Assembly (NCBI GenBank): GCA_965209055.1
Contig: OZ242374.1
Span: forward strand, 1,184,001 to 1,248,000
Direction of reading: 5' to 3'
DNA: 64,000 nucleotides
Source: Acidobacteriota bacterium
Lineage (GTDB): Bacteria; Acidobacteriota; UBA6911; RPQK01; JAJDTT01
Part shown: positions 43,870-53,585 of the stretch, in pieces
Layout of the letters: every line of letters starts with the position of its first letter
Position numbering within the stretch: position 1 is the first letter of the stretch
Position numbers and translations under genes: made by a program
The notes under the pieces: model-generated
Seen by the model: only the letters and a program-made list of their open reading frames with translations
Databases searched by the model: none
What the model was told of the DNA's origin: nothing

Positions 43870-45135
43870 TCAAGCGAGGTGCGTCGCCTTGAGCACCTCC
43901 TCCACGGTGCTGACGCCGGCGCGGACCTTCTCCAGTCCGCTGTCGCGCAGGGTGAGCATCCCCTCGCTGACCGCCTGTTTCCGGATCCTGGTGGCGTCGG
44001 CTCTCCGCAGGATCAGTTGCTGGATGGTTTCCGTCACCTCCATGGTCTCGAAGAGTCCGATCCGCCCTCGGTAGCCGGTGCCGTGACAGGCGGGGCAGCC
44101 CCGGGCGTCGAAGCGGGAGATCTCGAGGATCGGGTCGGGCCCGGTTGCGGCCGGTTCCGGGACAGGTGCCGGGGACCGGTCCGGCTCCTTGCATTCTCCG
44201 CACAGCTTCCTCACCAGCCGTTGGGCGCACACCAGGTTCACCGAATTGGCGATGAGAAACGGAGGAATCCCCATGTCCAGCAGCCGGCCCGGCGTCGACG
44301 CGGCGTCGTTCGTATGCAGGGTGCTCAACACCAGGTGTCCGGTGATGGCGGCGCGAATGGCGATCGCCGCGGTTTCCCGGTCGCGGATCTCCCCCACCAT
44401 GAGGATGTCCGGGTCTTGGCGGAGCAGTGCCCTGAGCGCCGTGGCGAATCCCAGACCCACCGAGTCCTTGGTCTGGACCTGGTTGATTCCCGAGAGGTTG
44501 AACTCCACCGGGTCCTCCACGGTGTTGATGTTCAATCCGGGCTCGTTGAGCCGGGACAAGCAGGTGTAGAGGGTGCTGGTCTTCCCGCTGCCGGTGGGGC
44601 CGGTCGCCAAAACGATTCCATGGGATCTCCGCAGGGCCCGCCTCATGCGGTCGAGGGAGCCCTCCTCCATCCCCAGGTCCGACAGCTTGCGCGGGAGGCG
44701 CTCCCGGTCCAGGATCCTCAACACCAGCTTTTCTCCGAATATGGTGGGGAGCGAGGAGACGCGGAGATCGATCTCCTGGTCCTCTCCGGCCTGCGGCGCC
44801 TTCATCCGGATTCGGCCGTCCTGGGGAAGCCGCCGTTCGCCGATGTCGAGGTCGCCCAGAATCTTGACTCGGGAGATCAGGGCATCTCGAAGGGCCAGCG
44901 GAGGGGAGGCGACCGGATAGAGGACCCCGTCGATCCGGTAGCGGATGCGGAACTCCCCGTCGTAGGTCTCCAGGTGGATGTCGCTGGCTCTCTTGCCGAT
45001 GGCGTCGAAGACGATGAGGTCCACCATGCGGACCACAGGCTCCCGCCCGTCCGGCGGGAGAGAAGTTTCTCCCGGCCGGTTCCGAGTGGAGAGGTCCAGC
45101 GACAGGGTCGGAGATTCGCCTACCGGAACAGCCAT
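43870..45135 (-). CDS. pilB: Type IV pilus/T2SS assembly ATPase (GspE/PilB family), short form
   Basis: ASDIHLE, RLPQDGR, GPTGSGKT, LRQDPD, tetracysteine CGEC/CPAC. Start reassigned to ATG 45135. Confidence 0.88.
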   Translation of the reverse strand: MAVPVGESPTLSLDLSTRNRPGETSLPPDGREPVVRMVDLIVFDAIGKRASDIHLETYDGEFRIRYRIDGVLYPVASPPLALRDALISRVKILGDLDIGERRLPQDGRIRMKAPQAGEDQEIDLRVSSLPTIFGEKLVLRILDRERLPRKLSDLGMEEGSLDRMRRALRRSHGIVLATGPTGSGKTSTLYTCLSRLNEPGLNINTVEDPVEFNLSGINQVQTKDSVGLGFATALRALLRQDPDILMVGEIRDRETAAIAIRAAITGHLVLSTLHTNDAASTPGRLLDMGIPPFLIANSVNLVCAQRLVRKLCGECKEPDRSPAPVPEPAATGPDPILEISRFDARGCPACHGTGYRGRIGLFETMEVTETIQQLILRRADATRIRKQAVSEGMLTLRDSGLEKVRAGVSTVEEVLKATHLA

Positions 45136-45974
45136 AGATCCAGACCTACGAACAGAAGCAGCCCTAGACTGATAACGCCGTTGACCGTGAAAAACGCGGC
45201 GTTGATCCGGCTCAGGTCGGATGGACTGACGATTCGATGTTCGTAGATCAGGGCGGCCGTCACCAGTACGAGGCCGGCCCAGCTCAACAGGCCCAGATCG
45301 GAGGCGTAAAACGCGTAGCCCAGGACGGCCACCATCGCGGCGTGCAGCAGCGCCGAGACCTTCAGGGCCGCGGCCACACCCAGGCGGCCCGGGATCGAGT
45401 ACAGGCCCATTCGGCGGTCGAATTCCTCGTCCTGGCAGGAATAGATGATGTCGAAACCGGCCACCCAGAGCAGAACGCCCGCCGCCAGGTAGAACGGGTC
45501 CAAGGAGAGCTCTCCCCGCACGGCCACCCAGCCTCCGACCGGCGCAATGGCCAGGGAGAGGCCCAGAAACAGGTGGGACAGCGAGGTGAACCTCTTCGTA
45601 TAGCTGTAGAGCAGGACGATGGCCAGGGCCGCCGGCGAAAGCAGCAGGGCCAGCGGATTCAAGCTCCAGGCCGAGAAGAAGAAGAGCCCCGCGGACGCCA
45701 GAATGAAGCCGATGACGAAACCGGGATTCAGCAGTCCCTGCGGAAGCTCGCGTCCCGCGGTCCGGGGATTGAGCCGGTCCTGGCGCCGGTCCACCAGTCG
45801 ATTGAAGGCCATGGCCGCGCTTCTCGCGCCCACCATGGCTCCCACGATCCAGATGCAGGTTTCTCCGGCGGGGAGTCCCCGCCGGGCCAGAAGAGCTCCC
45901 AGAAAGGCGAAGGGCAGGGCGAAGACGGTGTGCTCGAACCTGATCATCCGCAATGTGAGCACGAGTTGCCGCAT
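45120..45974 (-). CDS. UbiA-family prenyltransferase (MqnP-like)
   Basis: IRFEHTVFALPF, ARSAAMAFNRLVD..D..NPRT, YSYTKRF, FDIIY.CQD.EFD. Confidence 0.9.
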   Translation of the reverse strand: MRQLVLTLRMIRFEHTVFALPFAFLGALLARRGLPAGETCIWIVGAMVGARSAAMAFNRLVDRRQDRLNPRTAGRELPQGLLNPGFVIGFILASAGLFFFSAWSLNPLALLLSPAALAIVLLYSYTKRFTSLSHLFLGLSLAIAPVGGWVAVRGELSLDPFYLAAGVLLWVAGFDIIYSCQDEEFDRRMGLYSIPGRLGVAAALKVSALLHAAMVAVLGYAFYASDLGLLSWAGLVLVTAALIYEHRIVSPSDLSRINAAFFTVNGVISLGLLLFVGLDLWLFR

Positions 45975-46056
45975 GGGAGTCGGGGATTATAACAGGCGGT
46001 CTTTCGCTCCTCACGGAGGGGGGGTCCAATCGGCCATTCTTTGCGCACCCGATTAA

Positions 46057-46195
46057 GGGAGGGGGGACTCCGTCCCCCCTAACCTCCCTTGTCGGCGGTT
46101 AGAAACCGCCGTTCCCGGCGGTTGGAAACCGCCGCTCCCGCCGGTTGGAATTCGCCGCTCCCGGCGGTTGGAAACGGCCGCTCCAAGTCGCCGCT
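46057..46195. repeat. REP cluster
   Basis: Four tandem, variably degenerate GGCGGTTGGAAACCGCCGCTCC copies plus GGGGGGACTCCGTCCCCC. Confidence 0.85.
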
Positions 46196-46221
46196 CCTCG
46201 TTCTCTGCTATCTTTGCGCTC

Positions 46222-47841
46222 GTGGCGAAACGCATCCATCCTGTTCGGCTGGAGGTCTACCGGCATCTCCTGACCTCGGTCCCCGAGGAGATGGGGACGG
46301 CGCTCCACCGGACCGCCTATTCTTCCAACGTCCGGGAGCGCCGGGACTATTCCTGCGCGCTCTTCGACTCGAAGGCGCAACTGGTGGCCATGGGGGACCA
46401 CATGCCGGTCCATCTCGGCTCCATGCCCATGTCGGTCCAGGCGGCGCTCGACCATGAACCCCTGCAGCCGGGCGATGTGGTGATCCTCAACGACCCCTTC
46501 GCCGGGGGGACCCATCTTCCCGATCTCACCATGGTGGCGCCGGTGTTCGAACCCTCGGACGGGTTCGTCCGCCCCGTCTTCTACGTGGCCGTTCGCGCCC
46601 ATCACGCGGACGTGGGGGGAATGTCCCCCGGCTCCATGCCCCTGAGCCGGGACGTCTTCCAGGAGGGAATCCGGGTTCCGCCGTCCAAGCTCTACCGGCG
46701 GGGCCGATTGAACGTCGACCTGCTCCGCCTGCTCCTCAGCAACGTCCGCACGCCCCTGGAGCGGGAAGGGGATCTGGCCGCCCAGGTGGGGTCGCTGAGA
46801 GTCGGCGACAAGCGATTGCGGGTGCTGGTCGAAAAGAACGGCAGGCCTGAGGTGGAAAAGTACTGCCGGGCCCTCCAGGACTATTCGGCGAAGATCATGC
46901 GGCAAACCATTCGCCGGATTCCGGACGGACGCTACGCGGCCGAGGACCTGCTGGATGAGGCGGGCCCCGGGGAGGGACCGGAGCCGGTCCCGATTCGCGT
47001 CAGCGTCCGGGTCGCCGGACATTCCATGAAGATCGATTTTGCCGGATCTGCCCCCCAGATGCCCGGCTGCCTCAACGCCGTGCGGGCCGTCACCCGGTCC
47101 GCCGTCTACTACGTCCTCCGCTGCCTGGCTCCCGACTATGCTCCGGCCAGCGCCGGGCTGATGCGCTCGGTGCGCGTCTTGACGCCGAAGGGAAGCGTGG
47201 TGGACGCCCGGTTTCCGGCGGCGACGGCCGGCGGCAACGTCGAGACCTCCCAGCGAATCGTGGACGTCCTGCTCCGGGCCCTGGCCCAGGCCCTTCCCGA
47301 GCGGATCCCGGCCGCCAGCAGCGGCACCATGAACAACATCACCATCGGCGGCCTCCACCCCGGCACGGGCAAGCCCTTCTCCTACTACGAGACCATCGGG
47401 GGCGGCATGGGGGCCGGCCCGGCCGGCCACGGAACCAGCGGCGTGCACACCCACATGACCAACTCTCTGAACACGCCCATCGAAGCCTTGGAGTACGACT
47501 TTCCGCTTCGGGTTCGGGAGTACCGGTTGAGGTACGGGTCCGGCGCCAAGGGCAGGTATCGAGGGGGGGACGGAATCGTCCGGACCCTGGAGGCCTTGAC
47601 CGACTGCACCACCACGATCCTTTCGGAGAGGCGGGTCAACCCTCCCTATGGTCTCAACGGGGGTGAGACCGGGAAAAAGGGCCGGAACTACCTGGTGGTC
47701 GGGGGCCGCCGCAAAAACCTCGCCGGCAAGGTGTCTCTCCAACTCTCGCCCGGACAAGCCGTCCGGATCGAGACTCCCGGAGGGGGAGGATGGGGGAGCA
47801 AGGAAGGAAGGAAACCGAAAACGGGAGAGGGGAAAGAGTGA
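46222..47841 (+). CDS. Hydantoinase B/oxoprolinase family protein
   Basis: RTAYSSNVRERRDYSCA, PVHLGSM, NDPFAGGTHLPD, HHADVGG, YYETIGGG, ETPGGGGWG. Confidence 0.92.
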   Translation: MAKRIHPVRLEVYRHLLTSVPEEMGTALHRTAYSSNVRERRDYSCALFDSKAQLVAMGDHMPVHLGSMPMSVQAALDHEPLQPGDVVILNDPFAGGTHLPDLTMVAPVFEPSDGFVRPVFYVAVRAHHADVGGMSPGSMPLSRDVFQEGIRVPPSKLYRRGRLNVDLLRLLLSNVRTPLEREGDLAAQVGSLRVGDKRLRVLVEKNGRPEVEKYCRALQDYSAKIMRQTIRRIPDGRYAAEDLLDEAGPGEGPEPVPIRVSVRVAGHSMKIDFAGSAPQMPGCLNAVRAVTRSAVYYVLRCLAPDYAPASAGLMRSVRVLTPKGSVVDARFPAATAGGNVETSQRIVDVLLRALAQALPERIPAASSGTMNNITIGGLHPGTGKPFSYYETIGGGMGAGPAGHGTSGVHTHMTNSLNTPIEALEYDFPLRVREYRLRYGSGAKGRYRGGDGIVRTLEALTDCTTTILSERRVNPPYGLNGGETGKKGRNYLVVGGRRKNLAGKVSLQLSPGQAVRIETPGGGGWGSKEGRKPKTGEGKE

Positions 47842-48950
47842 AGCCGGAGCGGGTGATCGTTCGAGAAGTCAGCCTTCCTCTCGTCCATTTCTTCGAGACC
47901 AGCTTCGGACGGATCCATGGCCGCCGGGTCCTGCTGGTGGAGGCCCGGGCGGACGGACTCTCCGGCTGGGGCGAGTGTGTCGCCGACGATGCGCCCGGAT
48001 TCAGCTATGAGACGGTGGACACTGCCTGGCCGGTTCTGAGCCGTTTCCTGGTCCCGAGCATGCTGGGCGTCCGCTTCAGCCGGGCGGACGAATTTCCGGG
48101 CCGGGTCCGTTCGGTCCGGGGGCATCCCATGGCGAAGGCGGGTCTGGAGGCCGCTCTCTGGGACCTCCAGGCCAAGGCGGCGGGCGTGCCCCTGTGGCAG
48201 CTCCTGGGGGGACGCCATCGCCGGATCCCGTGCGGGGTCTCCATCGGCATCCAGGATCACCCCGACATTCTCCTGCGCAAGATCGAGCAGGAACTGGAGG
48301 CCGGGTACCAGCGGATCAAGATCAAGATCAAGCCGGGTTGGGACCTCGATATCGTGGCCGCCGTACGCAAGCGCTTTCCCCGGATCTCGCTCATGGTGGA
48401 CGCCAACTCCGCCTACAACCGGGCGGACTTCGACCACCTGGCCGAACTGGACCGGTTCGACCTGCTGATGATGGAGCAGCCCCTGGAGTACGACGACGTC
48501 TTCCGGCACGTGGAGCTCCAGGCCCGGCTCCGGACCCCCATCTGCCTGGACGAATCGATACGCCACCGGCGGGACGCGGACCATGCCATCGCCGTGGGAG
48601 CCTGCCGCATCGTCAACATCAAGATGGGGCGCGTGGGCGGACACACCGAGGCCAAGGCGGTCCACGACGTCTGCCGGGCCCGGGGCGTTCCGGTCTGGTG
48701 CGGAGGGATGTTGGAGACCGGCATCGGGCGGGCCCACAACGTGGCCCTCTCCACTCTGGAAAACTTCACTCTGCCCGGCGACGTCTCGGCCAGCCGCCGC
48801 TATTTCCACCGGGACACGGCCCGGCCCCCCATCGAAGTCGACTCGGACGGGACCATCACGCCCTCCCTGGACCCCGGGATCGGTTACCAACCCGACCTCG
48901 AATGGATCGATCGCATCACCGTCCGGTCGGAGACGTTCCGATCCGCTTGA
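47838..48950 (+). CDS. menC: o-succinylbenzoate synthase / N-acylamino acid racemase (enolase superfamily)
   Basis: FETSFG, GWGE, RIKIKIKPG, VDANSAY, EQP, CLDES, NIK.GRVGG, WCGGMLETGIGR. Confidence 0.85.
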   Translation: MKPERVIVREVSLPLVHFFETSFGRIHGRRVLLVEARADGLSGWGECVADDAPGFSYETVDTAWPVLSRFLVPSMLGVRFSRADEFPGRVRSVRGHPMAKAGLEAALWDLQAKAAGVPLWQLLGGRHRRIPCGVSIGIQDHPDILLRKIEQELEAGYQRIKIKIKPGWDLDIVAAVRKRFPRISLMVDANSAYNRADFDHLAELDRFDLLMMEQPLEYDDVFRHVELQARLRTPICLDESIRHRRDADHAIAVGACRIVNIKMGRVGGHTEAKAVHDVCRARGVPVWCGGMLETGIGRAHNVALSTLENFTLPGDVSASRRYFHRDTARPPIEVDSDGTITPSLDPGIGYQPDLEWIDRITVRSETFRSA

Positions 48951-49130
48951 AACGCATGGGATCGGCGACTTGGAGCGGCGGTTTCCAACCGCCGGCCAAG
49001 GGGGGGTTAGGGGGGACGACAGTCCCGCCTCCGCAACGCGTCTTCCAAGAGGACTACTGGAAGTCTTCCCTCCGAATGTAGTAATATTTGTCACTCAACT
49101 GTCTACCATTTGGACATTGAAGGGAGCCCC

Positions 49131-51248
49131 GTGAGAAGCCTCCGGCACAAACTGGTCCTCTTCATTCTCCCCCTGGCGGTGATCCCGCTGGCCGCCATCT
49201 GCGTCTTCGCCTACTACCAGGCCAAGGAGCAGATCACCCAGGACCGGACCGTCCTCTACCTGGAGCAGGTCGCGCAGGGCATCGCCGACAACATCCTGCT
49301 TTCGATCCTGGAGAAGAAGGAAGAGACCGTCTCCATGACGCTCTACCGGGAGCTGGGAGACTACCTGGTCCGGCGGGTCGATCCTCCCACGCTGCTGCTG
49401 AACCAATTGGTGGTGGTGCACGAGGTCTACGACCTTCTGGTGCTGTTCGACCGGGAGGGCCGTGTGCTTTCCACCAGCAGCATCGACCGGAACGCCGTGG
49501 GGGTGAGCCTGGATCCGGAACGGCTCGCGGACCTGCGGGGACGGAGCCTCCTTTCCTACACTGCGGACGGCAGTTGGTTGGAGGAGGTCCGCCAAGGGCG
49601 ATTCGGCTACCTGGACTGGCACGCCTCGCCTCTGATCCGTCAGCTTTACTCCTATCAGGACGACGACATCGCCCGCCAGAGATCCATCGGGTTCGCGGCT
49701 CCCTTCCTGTCGGAGGACGGGGCGCTTCTGGGAGGGATCCTGGCCTACATGAACTGGGAGTATGTCCAGGCGATTCTGGACAACATCGAGGAGGACCTGG
49801 AACGGCGCTCCCTGACCTCCGGTTACGCCTTTCTCTTCGGCAAGGACGTGAACACCGTCATCGGACACAAGTACCGGAGGAATCGTCCGGGATCGGGAGG
49901 GGGACAGGTTCCCCTGGTGGACAACTACGGGTCGCGCCTGGGGGAGGACCACGGCCTCGAAGATCTCCAGGATGCCATCGCCGGCGGCGCCACCCACTTC
50001 TACTACGAGTATCCCCCGGGCACCTCCAAGATCAGCGGCCTGGCGGTGGTGAATCACGATTTCCTCCGGTGGATCTGCGGAGTGGGCATCAACGACGAAG
50101 ACATCTTCGCCCCCGTGCAGGACCTGAAACGGGTGCTGATGGGGGCCGTCTCGCTGACCGCCCTGCTGGTGGGGCTGCTGACCTACTCCATCGCCCGGGG
50201 CATCACCGTCCCGGTCAAGCGGCTCACCCGGGGCGCTCGCGTTCTGGCCGGCGGCGAGCTGGACCAGCGGGTGCGGGTGGCCTCCCGGGACGAGATCGGC
50301 GAGTTGGCGGTGACCTTCAATGAAATGGCCCAGTCGCTTCAGGATCGGAGCCACGCCCTGATCGAGCTCAATCGCAGCCTGGAAGAGAAGGTCAGGAAAC
50401 GGACCAGCGAACTGGAGCGGACCGGCCGGGAAGTCCGGAAGGCGTACCAGGAACTCAAGGACACCCAGGTGCAACTGGTGCAGAGCGAGAAGATGGCGTC
50501 GCTGGGCCAACTGGTGGCCGGCATCGCCCACGAGATCAAGAATCCCCTGAACTTCATCTACGGCAACACCGACTTCCTGCGCCAGTACGTTCAGAAGTTG
50601 GAAGAGGTGATCCGCTTCTACGACAGCCATTCCGGACTCAAGCCGGACGATCGGGAGACGCTCGATTCCCTGCGGCGGCGGATCAACTACGACTTCGTCA
50701 TCGAGGATCTCGACCGCCTGATGGACAACTTCGAGGAGGGGGCCCAGCGAATCCACGCCATCATCGGAGACCTGAGGACCTTCTCCAGGATGGACGTGGA
50801 CAAGACGCAGCGGGTGCCGATCCAGGAGCCGCTGGACCTGGCGTTGAACCTGCTGCACAACGAATACCGGGACCGGATCCGGATCCAAAAGGATTATGGC
50901 GACGTGCCCCCGGTGGAATGCCATCCGGGGCGCCTGAGCCAGGTCTTCATGAACGTCCTCTCCAATGCCTGCCAGGCCATTCCCGACCGCGGCGAGATCC
51001 GGATCCGGACTTCGACGGACAACGGAGAAGCGGTGATCGAGATCGAGGACGACGGATCCGGGATCAGGAAGGAGCACCTGGGAAAGGTCTTCGAGCCCTT
51101 TTTCACCACCAAGGCCGTGGGTCAGGGCACGGGACTGGGTCTGAGCATCAGCTACGGGATCGTGCAGCAGCACCAGGGGTCCATCCAAGTGGAGAGCGAA
51201 GTCGGGCACGGCACCCGTTTCTGCGTCCGGCTTCCCCTGAGGTCATGA
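49131..51248 (+). CDS. Membrane sensor histidine kinase (Cache-like, HAMP, HisKA, HATPase)
   Basis: Two TM segments, DEIGELA, GIAHEIKNPL, NACQA, DDGSGI, FEPFFTTK, GTGLGL. Confidence 0.95.
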   Translation: MRSLRHKLVLFILPLAVIPLAAICVFAYYQAKEQITQDRTVLYLEQVAQGIADNILLSILEKKEETVSMTLYRELGDYLVRRVDPPTLLLNQLVVVHEVYDLLVLFDREGRVLSTSSIDRNAVGVSLDPERLADLRGRSLLSYTADGSWLEEVRQGRFGYLDWHASPLIRQLYSYQDDDIARQRSIGFAAPFLSEDGALLGGILAYMNWEYVQAILDNIEEDLERRSLTSGYAFLFGKDVNTVIGHKYRRNRPGSGGGQVPLVDNYGSRLGEDHGLEDLQDAIAGGATHFYYEYPPGTSKISGLAVVNHDFLRWICGVGINDEDIFAPVQDLKRVLMGAVSLTALLVGLLTYSIARGITVPVKRLTRGARVLAGGELDQRVRVASRDEIGELAVTFNEMAQSLQDRSHALIELNRSLEEKVRKRTSELERTGREVRKAYQELKDTQVQLVQSEKMASLGQLVAGIAHEIKNPLNFIYGNTDFLRQYVQKLEEVIRFYDSHSGLKPDDRETLDSLRRRINYDFVIEDLDRLMDNFEEGAQRIHAIIGDLRTFSRMDVDKTQRVPIQEPLDLALNLLHNEYRDRIRIQKDYGDVPPVECHPGRLSQVFMNVLSNACQAIPDRGEIRIRTSTDNGEAVIEIEDDGSGIRKEHLGKVFEPFFTTKAVGQGTGLGLSISYGIVQQHQGSIQVESEVGHGTRFCVRLPLRS

Positions 51249-52660
51249 ACGACAGGCACTCACTGCTGGTGGTCGACGACGAGGCGGGCAATCTGCAGAA
51301 GCTGCGCCGCACCTTCATCAACGATTACGAGGTGCTGGAGGCCGCCTCCGGCCGGGAGGCTCTGGACCTGCTGCGGCGGAGGGAGGTCTCGGCCGTGATC
51401 ACGGATCAGAGGATGCCGGCCATGACCGGTGTGGAGTTGCTGCATCGTTCGCTTCACATCCGTCCCGGCGCGGTGCGGATCATTCTCACCGGATACACCG
51501 AGTCCGAGGACCTGATGGACGCCATCAATCAGGGGCACGTCCATCGGTACATCACCAAGCCCTGGGATCCCGGATCTCTGCGGAAGGTGGTGAAGCAGGA
51601 GTTGGGCCGCTGGGAGTTGAAGCGGGAGCAGGAGCGTCTCGGAAGGGAGCTCCACCGGATCAACAGCCGCCTCGAGGCGGAGAACTCGAAGCTGCGAGAG
51701 GAAAAGCAGCTCTTGGAAGGCTCCAAACCCCGGCTCGTCTACCGCAGCCGCGCCATCAAGACGCTGCTGGGTTCGCTGGACCGGGTGGCCCCCACCGGCT
51801 CCACTGTCTTTCTGCAGGGGGAGACCGGAACGGGAAAGGAGCTTCTGGCCCGGTACGTCCATGATCGGAGCCCCAGGGCGGGCGAAGCCTTCGTGCCGGT
51901 CAACTGCGGCGCCGTCCCGGCCGACCTGGTGGAGAGCGCGTTTTTCGGTCACAAGAAGGGAGCCTTCACCGGTGCGACGGAAGAGAAGAAGGGGTACTTC
52001 GAGCTGGCCGACGGCGGTACGATTTTTTTGGACGAGGTGGGAGAGGCGCCGTTGGACCTTCAGGTGAAGCTGCTCCGGGCGCTTCAGGAGAGCGAGATCT
52101 TTCCGGTGGGCGCCGAAGCCCCCGGGAAGATCGACGTCCGCGTGGTGGCGTCCACGAACCGGGACCTGAGCCGGGAGGTCGCCGAGGGCCGCTTTCGGCA
52201 GGACCTCTACTTCCGCCTCAACGTCTTCACCGTCATGGTGCCTCCCCTCAGGGCCCGGCCCGAGGATGTGGACGAACTGGCCCGGTTCTTTCTGGAACGT
52301 TCCTGCCGGCGGCTGAACAAGTTCGGCTGCTGTTTCGAACCAGGGACTCTCGAAGTGCTCCGGGGATATTCCTGGCCCGGCAATGTCCGGGAGTTGGAGA
52401 ATGAGGTGGAACGGCTGGTGATTCTGGCCGAGCCGGACCGGCCCATCTCACCCTCGGCGCTGTCGGGGAGGATCTCCTTTCCGCCCGAATCGGGTCCCGC
52501 CCAGGGTTCGTTGAAGCAGCGGCTGGCCCAACTGGAGCGCGACCTCATCCTGGAGGCCCTCCGCGTCCACGACAACAACCGGAGCCGGGCCGCCGAAGCG
52601 CTCCAAGTGAGCCGTCAGACCATCATCTCCAAGCTGAAACGTTATGGAGGAACGAGGTAG
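51245..52660 (+). CDS. sigma54-dependent NtrC-family response regulator
   Basis: Receiver (VVDD, TDQRMP, KPW), GETGTGKE, GAFTGA, FLDEV, WPGNVRELEN, Fis-type HTH. Confidence 0.95.
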   Translation: MNDRHSLLVVDDEAGNLQKLRRTFINDYEVLEAASGREALDLLRRREVSAVITDQRMPAMTGVELLHRSLHIRPGAVRIILTGYTESEDLMDAINQGHVHRYITKPWDPGSLRKVVKQELGRWELKREQERLGRELHRINSRLEAENSKLREEKQLLEGSKPRLVYRSRAIKTLLGSLDRVAPTGSTVFLQGETGTGKELLARYVHDRSPRAGEAFVPVNCGAVPADLVESAFFGHKKGAFTGATEEKKGYFELADGGTIFLDEVGEAPLDLQVKLLRALQESEIFPVGAEAPGKIDVRVVASTNRDLSREVAEGRFRQDLYFRLNVFTVMVPPLRARPEDVDELARFFLERSCRRLNKFGCCFEPGTLEVLRGYSWPGNVRELENEVERLVILAEPDRPISPSALSGRISFPPESGPAQGSLKQRLAQLERDLILEALRVHDNNRSRAAEALQVSRQTIISKLKRYGGTR

Positions 52661-52736
52661 TCGGCGACCTTCGTGTCGCCGGGAGGGAAAGTCGCCGCGG
52701 CCGGGGGGAGGCCGCGGCGACAGACGCCACCGAAGC

Positions 52737-53309
52737 TCAGGCCGCCTCGAGGCGTTGGCGCAGCCGGCGGCGCCCATAGAACAGGCGCGACTTGATCGTG
52801 CCTTCGGCGACTTTCAGGGATTGGGCGATTTCGCGGATGGTGAACCCTTCCAGGTCATGAAGCCAGACCACATTGCGGTGGCGTTCGTTGAGGTCCGAGA
52901 TGGCGGACCGGACTCGCCTCTTGATCTCCGTGCGCCGGAGTTCTTCGAACGGAGTCCGCTGGGATGCGTCCTCCAGGTGGCCCCATTCCGAAACGTCCCC
53001 GTCCAGGTTGTTGCGATGTTTCCGGTTCCGCCGGAGCGTCTCCAGGCAGACGTTGATGGCGATTCTGTTGATCCAGGTGCTCAGCTTGGAATCGCCCCGG
53101 AACTTGTGGCACGCCCTGTGAATGTTGACGAAGGTCTCCTGGAGAGCGTCCCAGGCAGCCTGCTCTTCCTTGAGGATGCGGATCGCCGTGCTATAGATGT
53201 TGCCCTGGAACCGCCTGAAGAGTTCCCGGAAGGCCTCCTCGTCCCCGTTGCGGATTCCCGAGATCAGCCGTCTCTCCCACGATTCCGGTTTCGCTGCGTA
53301 AGCTCTCAT
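52737..53309 (-). CDS. ECF sigma-70 factor
   Basis: GDEEAFREL, DALQETF, TWINRIAIN, EIA...GTIKSRL; AGGAGG RBS before ATG 53309. Confidence 0.92.
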   Translation of the reverse strand: MRAYAAKPESWERRLISGIRNGDEEAFRELFRRFQGNIYSTAIRILKEEQAAWDALQETFVNIHRACHKFRGDSKLSTWINRIAINVCLETLRRNRKHRNNLDGDVSEWGHLEDASQRTPFEELRRTEIKRRVRSAISDLNERHRNVVWLHDLEGFTIREIAQSLKVAEGTIKSRLFYGRRRLRQRLEAA

Positions 53310-53337
53310 GATCACCTCCTTCTGCCGCATTTCTTAC

Positions 53338-53352
53338 GCAAGACGCGTGCCA
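53338..53352 (-). promoter_or_regulatory. sigma54 -24/-12 promoter upstream of the ECF sigma gene
   Basis: TGGCAC-GCGTC-TTGC, an exact TGGCAC-N5-TTGC consensus 28 nt before the ATG. Confidence 0.8.
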
Positions 53353-53585
53353 AACACGGAAACCGTTGTATTTCTTGAGGTTACGGCGAGTCTCCAAGAA
53401 GGGGACCGTCAACCGGATTGACAGTCCGTCACGGCAAGAATCGGGGTAAGTCTCAATAGTTCAACGGGATACAAGATGTGAAAACATTGGACACTGAGTG
53501 TCTGTCAATCGGACAGACGCCGGACTTCCCGGCTCCCGGGGCGGGGCCGTCTCCGTGCTATAATTCGCGGCGGCTGGCATCCATC

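Noticed and set aside
43870-46029. 719-aa PilB or UbiA-PilB fusion, and other N-terminally extended ORFs in the track (for example 8915..11206, 20152..23334)
   Set aside because: The extensions overlap bona fide upstream genes in another frame; true starts were reassigned to coupled ATG/GTG codons.
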